Assembly (NCBI RefSeq): GCF_006345805.1
Contig: NW_021824946.1
Span: forward strand, 1-17,141
Length of the DNA stretch: 17,141 nucleotides
Source of the DNA: Octopus sinensis
Lineage: Eukaryota
Direction of reading: 5' to 3'
In this document: positions 1-9,999 of the stretch, in pieces
Layout: every line of letters begins with the position of its first letter
How positions within the stretch are numbered: the first letter of the stretch is position 1
Notes under the pieces: generated by a model
Databases searched by the model: none
The model's input: the letters and a program-made list of their open reading frames with translations, nothing else
What the model was told of the DNA's origin: nothing
Program-made: the position numbers and the translations under genes

Positions 1-99
1 AAATTTAAAGGAATGCATAATACAGGATACACTTAAAGCAGAATATGTTTGATGCGTGTGTGTGCGTGTGTGTAAATCATGCATGACAGAGTCACCCTT

Positions 100-400
100 C
101 TGATTATTCTTCGTCGTCCTCATAATGCGTGTCGTTCTCTTAAACGTTGGTTCGGGTTCTCCCTGTTTACCTATTTCTCCGTTCTATTTAACATCTCAAA
201 AGCCAGAAAAATAGATATCCGCAAGAGTGTTATTGCGTACAGTAGGTCGCTGGTCGTCCTGTTAAACTTCGCCTGACTGCTCGGGTCAGAGGTCGAAGGA
301 GACGATCTCATTTTTTTTCAGAACAAAGAGATTCTGATTTCGCGCCTTTTTGTGCATTGGTATTTTACGACCAATGATTCTTGGGTCTGATTTCGAATCC
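100..400. promoter_or_regulatory. CpG-rich promoter-like region with opposed CCAAT boxes and an E2F-type site
   Basis: Many CpGs in 100-400 versus marked depletion in the following kb. ATTGG 356-360, CCAAT 371-375, TTTCGCGC 338-345, TTCGAA 392-397. Direction of transcription is not determinable. Confidence 0.4.
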
Positions 401-869
401 AAGCTTTGAGAAGGAAGTGCTAATTCTTACATATGTATCATTATGAAATTGAATTGAAAGTATTTTAGAAAGCCAACACTGATCTAGCTTGTTATAAAAG
501 AGTGTAAACAAAAGCAAACTCAAAACACTTCAGCTTTTGCCTTATATTTCAATATTTCAGTCTTAAAAAGCCTTTTCGAAGTATTTGTAAGACCAGCTAA
601 ACTCAGTCAATTTTCTCTTTATAAAGCTAACTATTGAAATACAAGGTAATTCTTAGTGGAAATATAAGGAGATGCTTAATGTTTGAGGATCTATTCCTTA
701 TTTTACTACTACTATATTGTTTTTACATATTTCATTGCATACATAGGCACTTGGCACTGATTGGTAGGCTGATTCATAAATAGATAAATTCCTGCAGGTA
801 GCTTTCTCATGAAAGAAAGAATTAATGCACCATTCTTCCTATGACTTCAAATCAGAAATAGATGGAGCT

Positions 870-892
870 ACACACACACACACACACACACA
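870..892. repeat. (CA)n microsatellite
   Basis: Perfect dinucleotide run. Confidence 0.95.
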
Positions 893-1465
893 TTTATATA
901 AAGAAAGAAGAGAGAGGGGGGGAGCTGGTATTATCAGGATGTTTCATTTCAAAGTCTGTATTTCTTTATACAGTTGAACAAGATATATGTTTTCCTTTGC
1001 ATGAGAAGTCAGCATGAGTTATCTACAAATCTGGCTAAGGAAGTTCAAGAGTGACTGGAGCTAAGTGCTCTCACACTTTCTTATATGTCATGGATAGGAT
1101 TTTACATAGTATTTATGATTAACATAATTTTGGTATGGTTTTTCAAATAACTAACTACTTTGTATCATAGTGTATACTATCATGTCAGTGACACTAGAAA
1201 GCTGGTCTTTCTGGTTTCTTCTACACTGTAACACTTTTTCATTTAGAGGTTACTGCTCTCCTAGTAAAGTTGTTGTCGTTCCAGCTTGCAAATTTCTTGC
1301 CTCTTACATGTCTAGTCTAGAAATCTTTTCATTAAATGTTAGGTTTGTTCATGTTTCCCCACACTTGTAGGTGGATCTCCCTACTGCAGCTGTGAAATCA
1401 CATCCTTCTATGACTTCCACCATTTACCTAGCATCGTTATCATAGTATTTATTTATCTAGCTTAT

Positions 1466-1533
1466 GTGCCACACTATGAGACTGAACCCAAGACCATGTG
1501 GTTGAGAAGCAATCTTCTCAGCCACACAGCCAT
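1466..1533 (-). mobile_element. tRNA-derived SINE head fragment (family of 16752-17141)
   Basis: Reverse complement (tggctgtgtggctgagaagattgcttctcaaccacatggtcttgggttcagtctc) aligns by eye to the A-box/B-box head of the copy at 16752. Confidence 0.75.
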
Positions 1534-1957
1534 CATTGGGCCTTAATCACACTTGTGCTCTGTGTTATCATATATGATATATATATATAATTATTTTGAA
1601 TTAAACATAAATTATTTCCTCTTTTCTATGACATATTTAATTATAGATACCACTTTCTTATTGTTAATAACATTAAAGAATAATCCAAAAACTAAATGTA
1701 TGTGTGGATACTGTTTTCTGTTTTTGGTTGGGGTTGTAGCATTGATAGGTGCATGGCAGTAGTGATCATTCATGTCTATGATAATGTGTTTGATTGACAG
1801 TATTCAAAGAGGAATCAGATAAAAAATTTAAAGAAAACAAAAAATGATTGTATGAAAATCATATATTCTATTGGTTAAAATAATTACAGTAATTTAGTGT
1901 TACGGACATGCTCTTCTTGTAACTCTAATCTGTTACCATGACCATTTCTGCAACCGA

Positions 1958-2079
1958 AACCACCACCATTACTACTACCATTGCTACTCCTCTTCTTACT
2001 ACTACTACTTCTACCATCAATACTACTACTACCAGTACCTCCACTACCTCTATTACTACTACTACTACTACTACTACTA
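1958..2079. repeat. Imperfect (ACT/ACC)n trinucleotide microsatellite
   Basis: Direct reading; source of the poly-T, poly-L and poly-S ORFs at 1884-2172. Confidence 0.9.
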
Positions 2080-2109
2080 AAAATTTTAAAAACATTAGTA
2101 ACTTTCAAA

Positions 2110-2905
2110 GTTTGGCACAAGGCCAGCATTTTTAAGGGGAGGAAAAAATGTAAATTACATTCACCCCTATAATTGGTACTTAATCAAACTTAAAGCAATG
2201 AAAAGCAAAGTTGATTCAGGCAAGATTTGAACTCAGAACATAAAGTATGAACAGAAGTATCACTGATCATTTTTTCCATGTTCTTATAATCCTGCTCTTA
2301 ATGATAATAGTTTCAACTTTTAGTACTTTTAGTGGGTAGGACAAGTTGATTACATTATCCCTCTACTAAATTAGTATTTTATATTATTGACCCCAAAAAG
2401 ATGAAAGGCAAAGCTGAGTTCAGTGGTATTTGAATTCAGAATGTAGAGCCAGAAGAAATACCACAAAGCTTCTTGTCCAACACAGCAATGATCCTGCCAG
2501 CTCATGCCCTTATAATAATAAGGTTAAATGTCTCAAATTTAAACATAAGGCCAGCAATATTTAGGGGGGAGGATAAATCAATTATATCGACCCCAGGGTT
2601 CAACTAATACTTATTTTATCAAGCCTTCTCCCCTCCCTCTAAGGATCAAAGGCAGTCAATCTTCACAGAATTTTAACACAACATAAAGATGAAGAAAATG
2701 CTGCAAAGCATTTTGTCTAGCATACTAATGATTTTTGTCACCTCACTACCTTAATAATAATTATTATTATTGTTGTTGTTGTTGTTGTTGTTATAATGTC
2801 TATCAAATTTTGCACAAATGCAACAATTTTTGGATTGAGGGGATGAGTCAAGTTGACTTCAGTGGGATTAGAACTCAGAATGTAAAGAATTGGAAGCAAT
2901 ACCAA
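2110..2905 (-). mobile_element. Cluster of four decayed copies of one SINE family (~2110-2300, ~2330-2511, ~2540-2752, ~2805-2905)
   Basis: Repeated blocks tttggcacaaggccagca, gatgaaaggcaaag and atttgaactcagaa in the same orientation. Minus-strand reading contains a B-box-like gttctgagttcaaat. Copies are separated by (TAA)/(TTG) runs. Confidence 0.7.
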
Positions 2906-3174
2906 AAAGAATTTAGTTGTATAGTTTCTTTTTTGTTTATGCAACATGTGTAAGGTGGTACGAATTAAATAGTTTATACACAAACTTTCTTGTTTTGTCA
3001 TGTGTATATATTCTGTGACATACCCAACTGTGGATTCCTAACAATGCATGGTTAATAATGTAACTTCTTGTGGTCTCCCATTAGATACACACATGGCACA
3101 AAACTACCTCCCTCAATACTACTCCCTCCTCTGTTGAGGGTTTTTGTCTTGTAAAATACTTTGTGATTTCACCA

Positions 3175-3355
3175 GGGCTGCTGTCACATAAAAGGCACCT
3201 AGTACAGTGTGTAAAGTGGTGAGCATTAAGAAAAGCATCCAGCTGTAGAAGCCATGCCAGAACAGACAGTTGAACTTGGCACAGTCTTCTAGCTTACCAG
3301 CTTCTAACAAAGCATGTAAGCATTGAAAACAGACTTTAAATGATGAAGTGATGAC
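3175..3355 (+). mobile_element. Old copy of the SINE-like family also at 10365-10542 and 14836-15286
   Basis: cacataaaaggcacc...aagaaaagcatccagctgtagaagccatgccagaacagac...aatgatga matches those copies by eye. Confidence 0.7.
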
Positions 3356-3373
3356 ATAACTATATATCCATGC

Positions 3374-3384
<11 letters not shown>

Positions 3385-3428
<44 letters not shown>

Positions 3429-3455
3429 GAGAAAGAGAGAGAGAGAGAGAGAGAG
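3385..3455. repeat. (TA)n plus (GA)n compound microsatellite
   Basis: Direct reading. Confidence 0.9.
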
Positions 3456-5247
3456 TTGAGTGAAGGAGAAAAGGAGTAGATCCAACTTACAGAGTGCAAA
3501 TGACAGAGAAAATTAAAGGGGAGGATATAAGTCTAACAGCTGTTTCTGGGAGAATGTTGGTAGATGTATTCATCACAGTATGTAGGCCATAATAGAAGGC
3601 AATCAGAATTGGATAAATTGAGCTGCCATCAAGAAGTGCAAAGGTGGACAGATTAAATGTGGAGAGCAAGCAGTATTAGAGGAAGGAGGTAGGATGGAGT
3701 TATGGCGAGTGTTAAGACAGAATGGTGAGAGGAGATAAATAAACTAGTTCAGAAAGAGAGTGGCGGCTTAAGAATGGAAGTATTAAGGAAGTGGTAGTCG
3801 ATGTGGAGAGTTGAGAGATGAGTGGGAGGGATGCAGTGGGTAGTAATTGAAGGGTAGTCAATTATTGGGTTTGTGTATAGTGTTGAGATAGTGAGAAAAG
3901 GGATGACAATTATTTGAGGGAGGGAAAGACTCTAATTAGGCAACAGAAGGAGATTACTAAAGTATGAACAAAGATATGAGAGAAGATAAAGGGAGGTGCA
4001 TAGAGTGGGGAGTTAGTCGGTGATAGGGTAGCTGTGGTTAGTACTATAATGAAGGTGGATTGGTGGTGGAGGGGGAGTACTGAGGTTTGCAAAGGTGTAT
4101 GAAATTGGGTAGAGGGGTGGATGTTGATTGTTTAGTAGCTAATTGATTGTGGTAGTTGCAAGTGCTCTTGATTGAAGGCGAGAATTGAGACAATGGGGAA
4201 AGAATACAATTTGTGAGGGAGGTGGTATGTTGTGGGTAAGAAGAATTTTCAAAGGTAATCATGAGAAGGATGGTATTACTGGAGAAGATGCATTGCTTCG
4301 CTAACCTTGTTGTACCCCAAGGTTAATTATAATTAATGATAATCATTGTTATGAGATTATATAGATTTTAATAAAATGAGTAAATGATGAGTAGAACCTG
4401 TGTTTACAAGAGAGTATTACATCTGAGAATCTATTAAGTAATCAGGGATTGTGGTTGCAAAGGATGATTAGTGATCCCTTACAAATACCAAGGTTTGAGC
4501 TGAACGAGGGAGCCTCCTTATGATGGATCGGGATAGAGTAGTTTTGGGATTTGTGTTATGTATTTAAGTTGCTAAGGTGGTAGAATATTTAGAATTTGGA
4601 TTGGAGAAAGAGTCCATTTGTGCTCAGTAGCAGTGCTTGAAATTGACATTCTGTCGTTATAGACCCTTACTTGGTGGGAGCATAGTATTATTACTCTGCA
4701 CTTGTAGACTACATTTTTGCATTGACAGAAACCTCCAAGAGGGCTGAATTGAAACACCTAATAATTGCAAGTTTTCCTACCTGTTCTGTGTGGTTTTCCT
4801 ACCTACTCTGTGGTCTTCCTACCTGCTCTAGAAAGAAATGTGCAATTTTTGCCTTAAGTTTAGTGTTGGAGATATAAGAGTTCTTTTTACAGAAACCACT
4901 TATCTGCTGAGCTTGGTTATAGTGTGGGGCATGATTATTAAAAATATCTTTGTTAGTAGATAAGCTGGAGATTCTGATAAAAATATCTGTGACTATTCTA
5001 TTAGGAGTAAGTTTAGGGTAATTTGATAGGATGTAGATATATTGTAATGATTGATAGGGTTTCTAGAAAGGGTGATATAGATTTAAGATGTTTCCAGTGT
5101 GTGTCATTTTCGAATGAGATACCTAGGTTATGATTTTTTAAAATCCTGTGGAATTGATTCCCTGTAAAGGTATGAGTCTAAGTTTGGATCATTTGAGCAC
5201 TACTAAGTGTCTTCTACACTGAAAATCTCTGGACCTCATCTTCTGGC
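3456..5247 (-). mobile_element. Decayed, 5'-truncated Penelope-like retroelement (RT thumb + GIY-YIG at ~4390-5240; 3456-4390 probably pLTR/5'-ORF part)
   Basis: Minus-strand translation across frameshifts gives FKNHNLGISFEND, LQYIYILSNYPKLTPNRIVTDIFIRISSLSTNKDIFNNHAPHYNQAQQISGF (cf. PLE SNHP...IFNNAAPYYNxAL..SG), PLGGFCQCKNVVYKC and LLNRFSDVILSCKHR (cf. LLNKRSE..KCRH). The 3456-4390 assignment is weaker (FNLS-like motif near 3650). Confidence 0.75.

Positions 5248-5313
<66 letters not shown>
5248..5313. repeat. (TA)n(TG)n microsatellite
   Basis: Direct reading. Confidence 0.95.
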
Positions 5314-5329
5314 ATATTGTGTAAACATA

Positions 5330-6586
5330 CAGGAGTTGGACAAAATAATGGAAACACCTTAAAATTTCAAACAAATTTATTTTAATATGGGGTAGGGCTG
5401 CCTGTAGCAGTAATTACAGCTTGAATTCTACAAGGTATGAACTTGTACAAAGTTTGAATTGTTTCCAAAAGAATTTTTGTCCATTCTTCAGCTAAAAGAG
5501 TCCCCAATTCTTGCAGTGATGATGGTGGAGGGTATTGACTCCTTTTCCTGTTTTCCTAAAATGCACCACAAATGTTCATAATATTGAGATCTGGAGGCTG
5601 TGGTGGCAAGATAAGATGTTCAACTTCTCTAGAATGTTTCTCATGCCATTCAGTAACAACTTTAGCTGCTCTATGAATTGGTGCATTATCATCCTGAAAG
5701 ATTGCATTTCCCTTCAGAAACAGTTCTGCAATCATAGGATGAATTTGATCAGATAAAATGCTTAAATAGTCTGCCATGAAGGGAAATCATTGGGCTGGCA
5801 GATTTCCAAGATATAGCCCCCACCTCTCAGATCATCATAGATCCTCCTCCATGTTTAACAGTTGGAAGAAGGTAGTCTGGGTCAAAGGCTTGTTTTGGAT
5901 GTCTCCACATGTATACTCGGCCAGTGGTCAGAAATATGGTAAAAGATGACTTGTCCAAGAAAATGACATTCTTCCACTGCTCTAGGGATCAGTTTTGTAG
6001 GTTTTTACCCCACTCTAAATGCTTTGCAAAGTTGGTTTTTGAAAGTAGTGGTTTTCTGATTGCAGCCTCCCATGAAATCCAGCTTTGTGCAACTCCCAGC
6101 AATCAGTTTTATGGAAACTGGGTTCTTGAGATGGTTATTAAGCTCTACAGTTACTTTGGGAGCTGTACTTTTGTGATCCTTTCTAACAATTTGCGTAAGA
6201 GTCCAACAGTCCTTATCTGAAGGTTTTGGTTTTCTTCCAGAGTTTTGTTTTGACTAGAAGGTTTTTCCCACTTCCTCAAAGGCTGTCATTACTTTTGAGA
6301 CAGGACTTCATGATACACCAAACACTTCGGCTGTTTTCATTACGCTAGCGCCTGCTATACGCACACCACAATTTGACCTCTTTGAAAGTCCAATAGATCT
6401 GTCATTTTAATGAATTTCAGTTAACTTTTTCTGTTGATATCTGAAAAGAAACAGCAATTTTAGCAAAACATATTAAGCAATACTAATAATAATTCAAATA
6501 ACATAAATATAAACAAGCTTTTGACAGTTTTATAGATATTTCAAAATTATGATGCTACATGTTTCCATTATTTTGTCCAACCCCTC
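5330..6586 (-). mobile_element. Full-length Tc1-like DNA transposon (1257 bp), 26-bp TIRs, TA target duplication
   Basis: Left TIR caggagttggacaaaataatggaaac 5330-5355. Right TIR gtttccattattttgtccaacccctc 6561-6586 (24/26 match). TA at 5328-5329 and 6587-6588. Confidence 0.95.
5382..6405 (-). pseudogene. Tc1-family DDE transposase pseudogene (~340 codons, stops and frameshifts)
   Basis: Starts MTDLLDFQRGQIV... and includes SGRKPK, TVKHGGGS, FQDDNAPIH and PPQPPDLNI(I)EHLW. Ends IQAVITATGSPTPY-stop (TAA at plus 5382-5384). Confidence 0.92.
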
Positions 6587-6588
6587 TA

Positions 6589-7000
6589 GATCTTCAGATA
6601 GCTGTTCCTGAACAATGGGTGCCCAGAAAAAGAACTGGTATATAAGACCAATAACATGGGTTTGAACAGTAACAAATACATATATTGGAATGATAGGGAA
6701 CTCCTTCAAATAAAGATATACATTGCACCTGGCTTTGTTCAGAGCCAAAAACAAAAAAAAACACACAATAATCCTAGCCAATATAGTATAGAGACTGAAA
6801 AAGAGAGGTGTGAGCAACATCCAGATAACCTGGAGTATTATTGCTGAGGCCAACAAGTACAGAGGACGAGGCAGGAAATGCAAGCTTTACATCACTGAAA
6901 CATTATACATTATCACACCAAAAGTGAATATTTCAAATATTAGGGATGACACCTTCTCCCCTTGCATGCATAAGCAGCATTTCACACTCTGAAATTTCAA
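6589..7000 (+). mobile_element. Penelope-like GIY-YIG endonuclease relic
   Basis: NGCPEKELVYK, TYIGMIGNSFK*RYTLH, ITWSII...RKCKLYITETLYII, ISNIRDDTFSPCMHK: PLE-type GIY-YIG with stops and frameshifts. 3' UTR may extend to ~7350. Confidence 0.85.
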
Positions 7001-7499
7001 GCAAATATCCCCACCTACTCTGTCTCCCGTGCAACCTGGATAAATTTTCATTCCAAACATCAGTTATACGCATTATATGAACTTCATGCATAAAAAAACA
7101 CATGACCTCATAAACTTATGCTGCGCTCCTCTCACAGATATATATGGGTCTCACACATATCCATGACATTACAAGTTATATACAAACTTATGAACCCATA
7201 ACACCATAAGTATCACATGAATTATGTGAAAGATATGTGAAACCTCACAATAATGAGTACACACCCAAACAGACATACTACAGATCCAGAGTTTGCACCC
7301 GCTGACGGCTGCAGAGAAATTCAATTTTGGACTTTCTTCTATCGAAGGCATTCTAACAAAAATGCTTCCGTATAAATGGTGAAAATATTGTCAGTTTTTG
7401 TTTCACTTTTAACACGTAATACTGAAATAGTGGAGAAGATATGATATTGCTATGGGCTCGCCTTAAACAAGAAGTCGAACGTTTTTTTGATCATGAAAG

Positions 7500-7611
7500 T
7501 ACATGGACCCTAAGTAAGGCATGTGTGAAATTTGAATGAAATTGGTTGTGTAGTTCTCAAGTTTTAGGGAAACACACAGACAGACACATTCTCAGTTTTA
7601 TATATATATAG
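7500..7611 (+). mobile_element. Possible end of a non-autonomous Helitron/Helentron-like repeat
   Basis: gtgaaatttgaatgaaattggttgtgtagttctc...acagacagacacattctcagttttatatatatatag resembles termini of such elements, from recollection only. Confidence 0.3.
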
Positions 7612-7688
7612 AAATTATATATATATATATATATATATAATATAATATATATATATTATATATTTATATATATATATATATATTATAT

Positions 7689-7721
<33 letters not shown>

Positions 7722-8039
7722 ATTTTATATATATATTTTAATATATATTATATATATATATATTTTTTATATATATATATATATATTTTTATTAATTATA
7801 TATTTATATATATATTTATATATATATTATATTTTTATATATATATATATATATTATTTATATATATATATATTTTAATATATATATATATTATTATTTA
7901 TATATATATATATATATAATATTTTTTATATATATATATATATATATATTTTATATATATATATATATATATTTTTTTATATATAATATTTATTATATAT
8001 ATAATATTTTTATATATATATATATATTTTATATATATA
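7600..8039. repeat. Long degenerate (TA)n/A+T-only low-complexity tract
   Basis: ~430 nt almost exclusively A/T. Confidence 0.95.
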
Positions 8040-8040
8040 G

Positions 8041-8488
8041 CTAAAACTCTATTCTCTCCAACGTCGTCGTGAGCGCTACATCATCTGCATGATGTGGAAA
8101 ATATTCCATCAGCATGCCCAAATGATGTTGGCATCACCTTAAGGTACATCCAAGCTTGGGCCCCTGCCATCCGCCCAAAACAAAAATCGCACTCTCATCT
8201 CATAACACAATACGGCACAATTTTCACCTCAATTGCCCCGCTCTCTTTAACATTACACCAAAAACACATTAAAACAAAACTTACCCTATAGGTTCAAGAA
8301 GTCTTTGGACAGATTCCTTCAAGAAATCCCGGATAAACCCTACACACCCGGATTGTCTCTGTAAACTAACTCTCTACTTGAGTGGGCCATAGTGCCCAAT
8401 TCTGACTTGAAAGACTTCACCAGGTGGTGCTATTAAGTTATACATGCCTGGGCCTAATGGCCGAACCTATCAAGTATCAAGTTCAAAG
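8041..8488 (+). mobile_element. 3' end of a CR1-group LINE (5'-truncated, frameshifted ORF2 C-terminus)
   Basis: LKLYSLQRRRERYIICMMWKIF...FKKSLDRFLQEIPDKP...NSLLEWA is typical of invertebrate CR1-like ORF2 ends. Ends in a short tandem tail atcaagtatcaagt. Confidence 0.85.
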
Positions 8489-8489
8489 T

Positions 8490-8506
8490 ATATATATATA
8501 TATATA

Positions 8507-8548
<42 letters not shown>

Positions 8549-8765
8549 ATATATATATATTTTTTTTATATATATATATATATTTTTATATATATATATA
8601 TATATTTTTATATATATATATTTTTATATATTTTTATATATATTTTTATATATATATATATATATTTTTATATATATATATGTATATATATATATTTTTT
8701 ATATATATATATATTTTTTATATTATATATTTTTTTATATATAGTATATAATATGTGTGTATATA
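8490..8765. repeat. Degenerate (TA)n/T-run low-complexity tract
   Basis: Direct reading; source of the YI-repeat ORFs. Confidence 0.95.
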
Positions 8766-8829
8766 TGCAGTTAATTTTAGTACCATGCACTACACACTGA
8801 AATAATAAGTTTTGCATCTTTTCTTAAAG

Positions 8830-8871
8830 GTACTGAAGATAATTATGCGACTATTCCAGATGAAGCTCTCA
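8830..8871 (+). CDS. Internal exon A (42 nt, phase 1-1): (G)TEDNYATIPDEAL
   Basis: Acceptor tttgcatcttttcttaaAG, donor GTaagtata, open frame, joins in frame to 12657. Confidence 0.65.
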
Positions 8872-8920
8872 GTAAGTATAATTACCACCAAATGACAAAT
8901 AATTTTGCATTGGTTTCAAT

Positions 8921-8998
8921 GTTTGGCACAAGGCCAGCAAATTTTTAGGAGGGAGAAATCAATTTCATCAACCCATTGCTCAATCTGTACTTACTTTA
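8921..8998 (-). mobile_element. SINE fragment (family of 2110-2905)
   Basis: gtttggcacaaggccagcaaatttttaggagggag matches the copies at 2110 and 2540. Confidence 0.7.
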
Positions 8999-9012
8999 TG
9001 TGTATGTGTGTA

Positions 9013-9059
<47 letters not shown>

Positions 9060-9083
9060 TTACTTACTTATATATATATACTT

Positions 9084-9350
9084 ACACCAACCCTATACAT
9101 ACACATGTCCAGACCCCGCATACGCACTTATACTCTCTCACACACACACACACACACCTATACATACCAATACGTACTAATACATACTAATACATACTAA
9201 TACATACACCAACCCCATACATACGCACGTCCAGACCAATCTTACGCACTAATACTCTCTCATACACACACACACACACACACACCCTTATACATACTAA
9301 TACATACACCAACCCTATACATACACACATCCAGACCCCTCCCACGCACT
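9084..9350. repeat. ~100-120 bp tandem repeat (about 2.3 units) built on CA/TACATAC simple repeats
   Basis: acaccaaccc(t/c)atacatac...ccagacc...acgcact recurs at ~9085, ~9207 and ~9307. Confidence 0.8.
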
Positions 9351-9522
9351 TTTAGCTGGTCCCTCAACCCTTTTATCACCCTATTATCTCCCCTTATTTC
9401 GCTCTCTCGCGTCTCATGTTTGATCTTTGACCTCTGGCCGAAATCAGATCGCCATGTTGATTCGTTAGCTACTGCACGCATTTTTTTCTCTCCTTCTTTC
9501 TGTGTTTTTCTCTCTCTGTGTA

Positions 9523-9560
9523 TCTTTCTGTTGAAGAGCGTAGGCTCGAAACGTTAAAGA
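9523..9560 (+). ncRNA. Minimal type I hammerhead-like motif (extra-A variant), probably inactive copy
   Basis: Stem I ucuuu/aaaga; core CUGUUGA+A (A6 mutated to U); stem II GAGC-guag-GCUC; GAA; palindromic ACGU stem III; GUU triplet. Confidence 0.5.
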
Positions 9561-9680
9561 CTTGTTTTATTTATATTTCCTGAGCGCCATACTAATACAA
9601 TTGTTCGTTTGTTTTCCACCTGCCTTCGTCTTTTGTTTATTTTCATAAAGCTTCCCGTTATATATATATATATATATATA

Positions 9681-9827
9681 GTGGAGGCACAATAGCCCAG
9701 TTGTTAGGGCAGCATACTTGCAGTCACATCTGTGGAGTGCTCAGCCACTTGCACGTTAATTTCATGAGCCAGCGGTTCCATTAATCAGATCAAATGGAAC
9801 CCTCGTTGTCGTAACTGACAGAGTACC
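9681..9827 (+). mobile_element. tRNA-derived SINE with internal deletion
   Basis: A-box-like head gtggaggcacaatagcccagttgttagggcagc; B-box region missing; flanked by (TA)n on both sides. Confidence 0.65.
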
Positions 9828-9999
9828 ACCACCATATATATATACAGTTTGATGAAAAGTTACCCAACAGCAAATCAAATTTCCATAAATACTCTCTGCT
9901 GTCATTCTGTATTGACTCAAATGGAAAAATGTGTCACTCAAGAAGGACTTCAGTTTGAACAATTTCCATGATGTTTTACATTTAGTTGCTTTTATTAAA

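Noticed and set aside
79-276. 65-aa + strand ORF
   Set aside because: No recognisable motif and no splice link to the downstream exons; overlaps the promoter-like region
974-1849. Additional candidate exons (acceptors near 974, 1171, 1371, 1801; hydrophobic stretch at 1700-1750)
   Set aside because: Weak or missing donors, in-frame stops or phase conflicts; AT-rich DNA yields such signals by chance
1884-2172. Thr-rich mucin-like, Leu-rich signal-like and Ser-rich ORFs
   Set aside because: All three are frames of one (ACT)n microsatellite running into a SINE; no splice support
4290-4330. Hammerhead remnant at the PLE junction (8-bp hairpin plus GAAG on the minus strand)
   Set aside because: No recognisable CUGANGA core; too degenerate to call
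7300-7350. CTGACGG...GAAG hammerhead-like motif after the + strand PLE
   Set aside because: Both core halves are mutated and the stems are unconvincing
8424-9200. YI/HT-repeat ORFs (also 3119-3499, 11037-11356, 14195-14425)
   Set aside because: Translations of (TA)n and (CA)n tracts
9850-9985. MEKCVTQEGLQFEQF-like peptide resembling a Tc1/mariner C-terminus
   Set aside because: Too short, and no TIR partner identified
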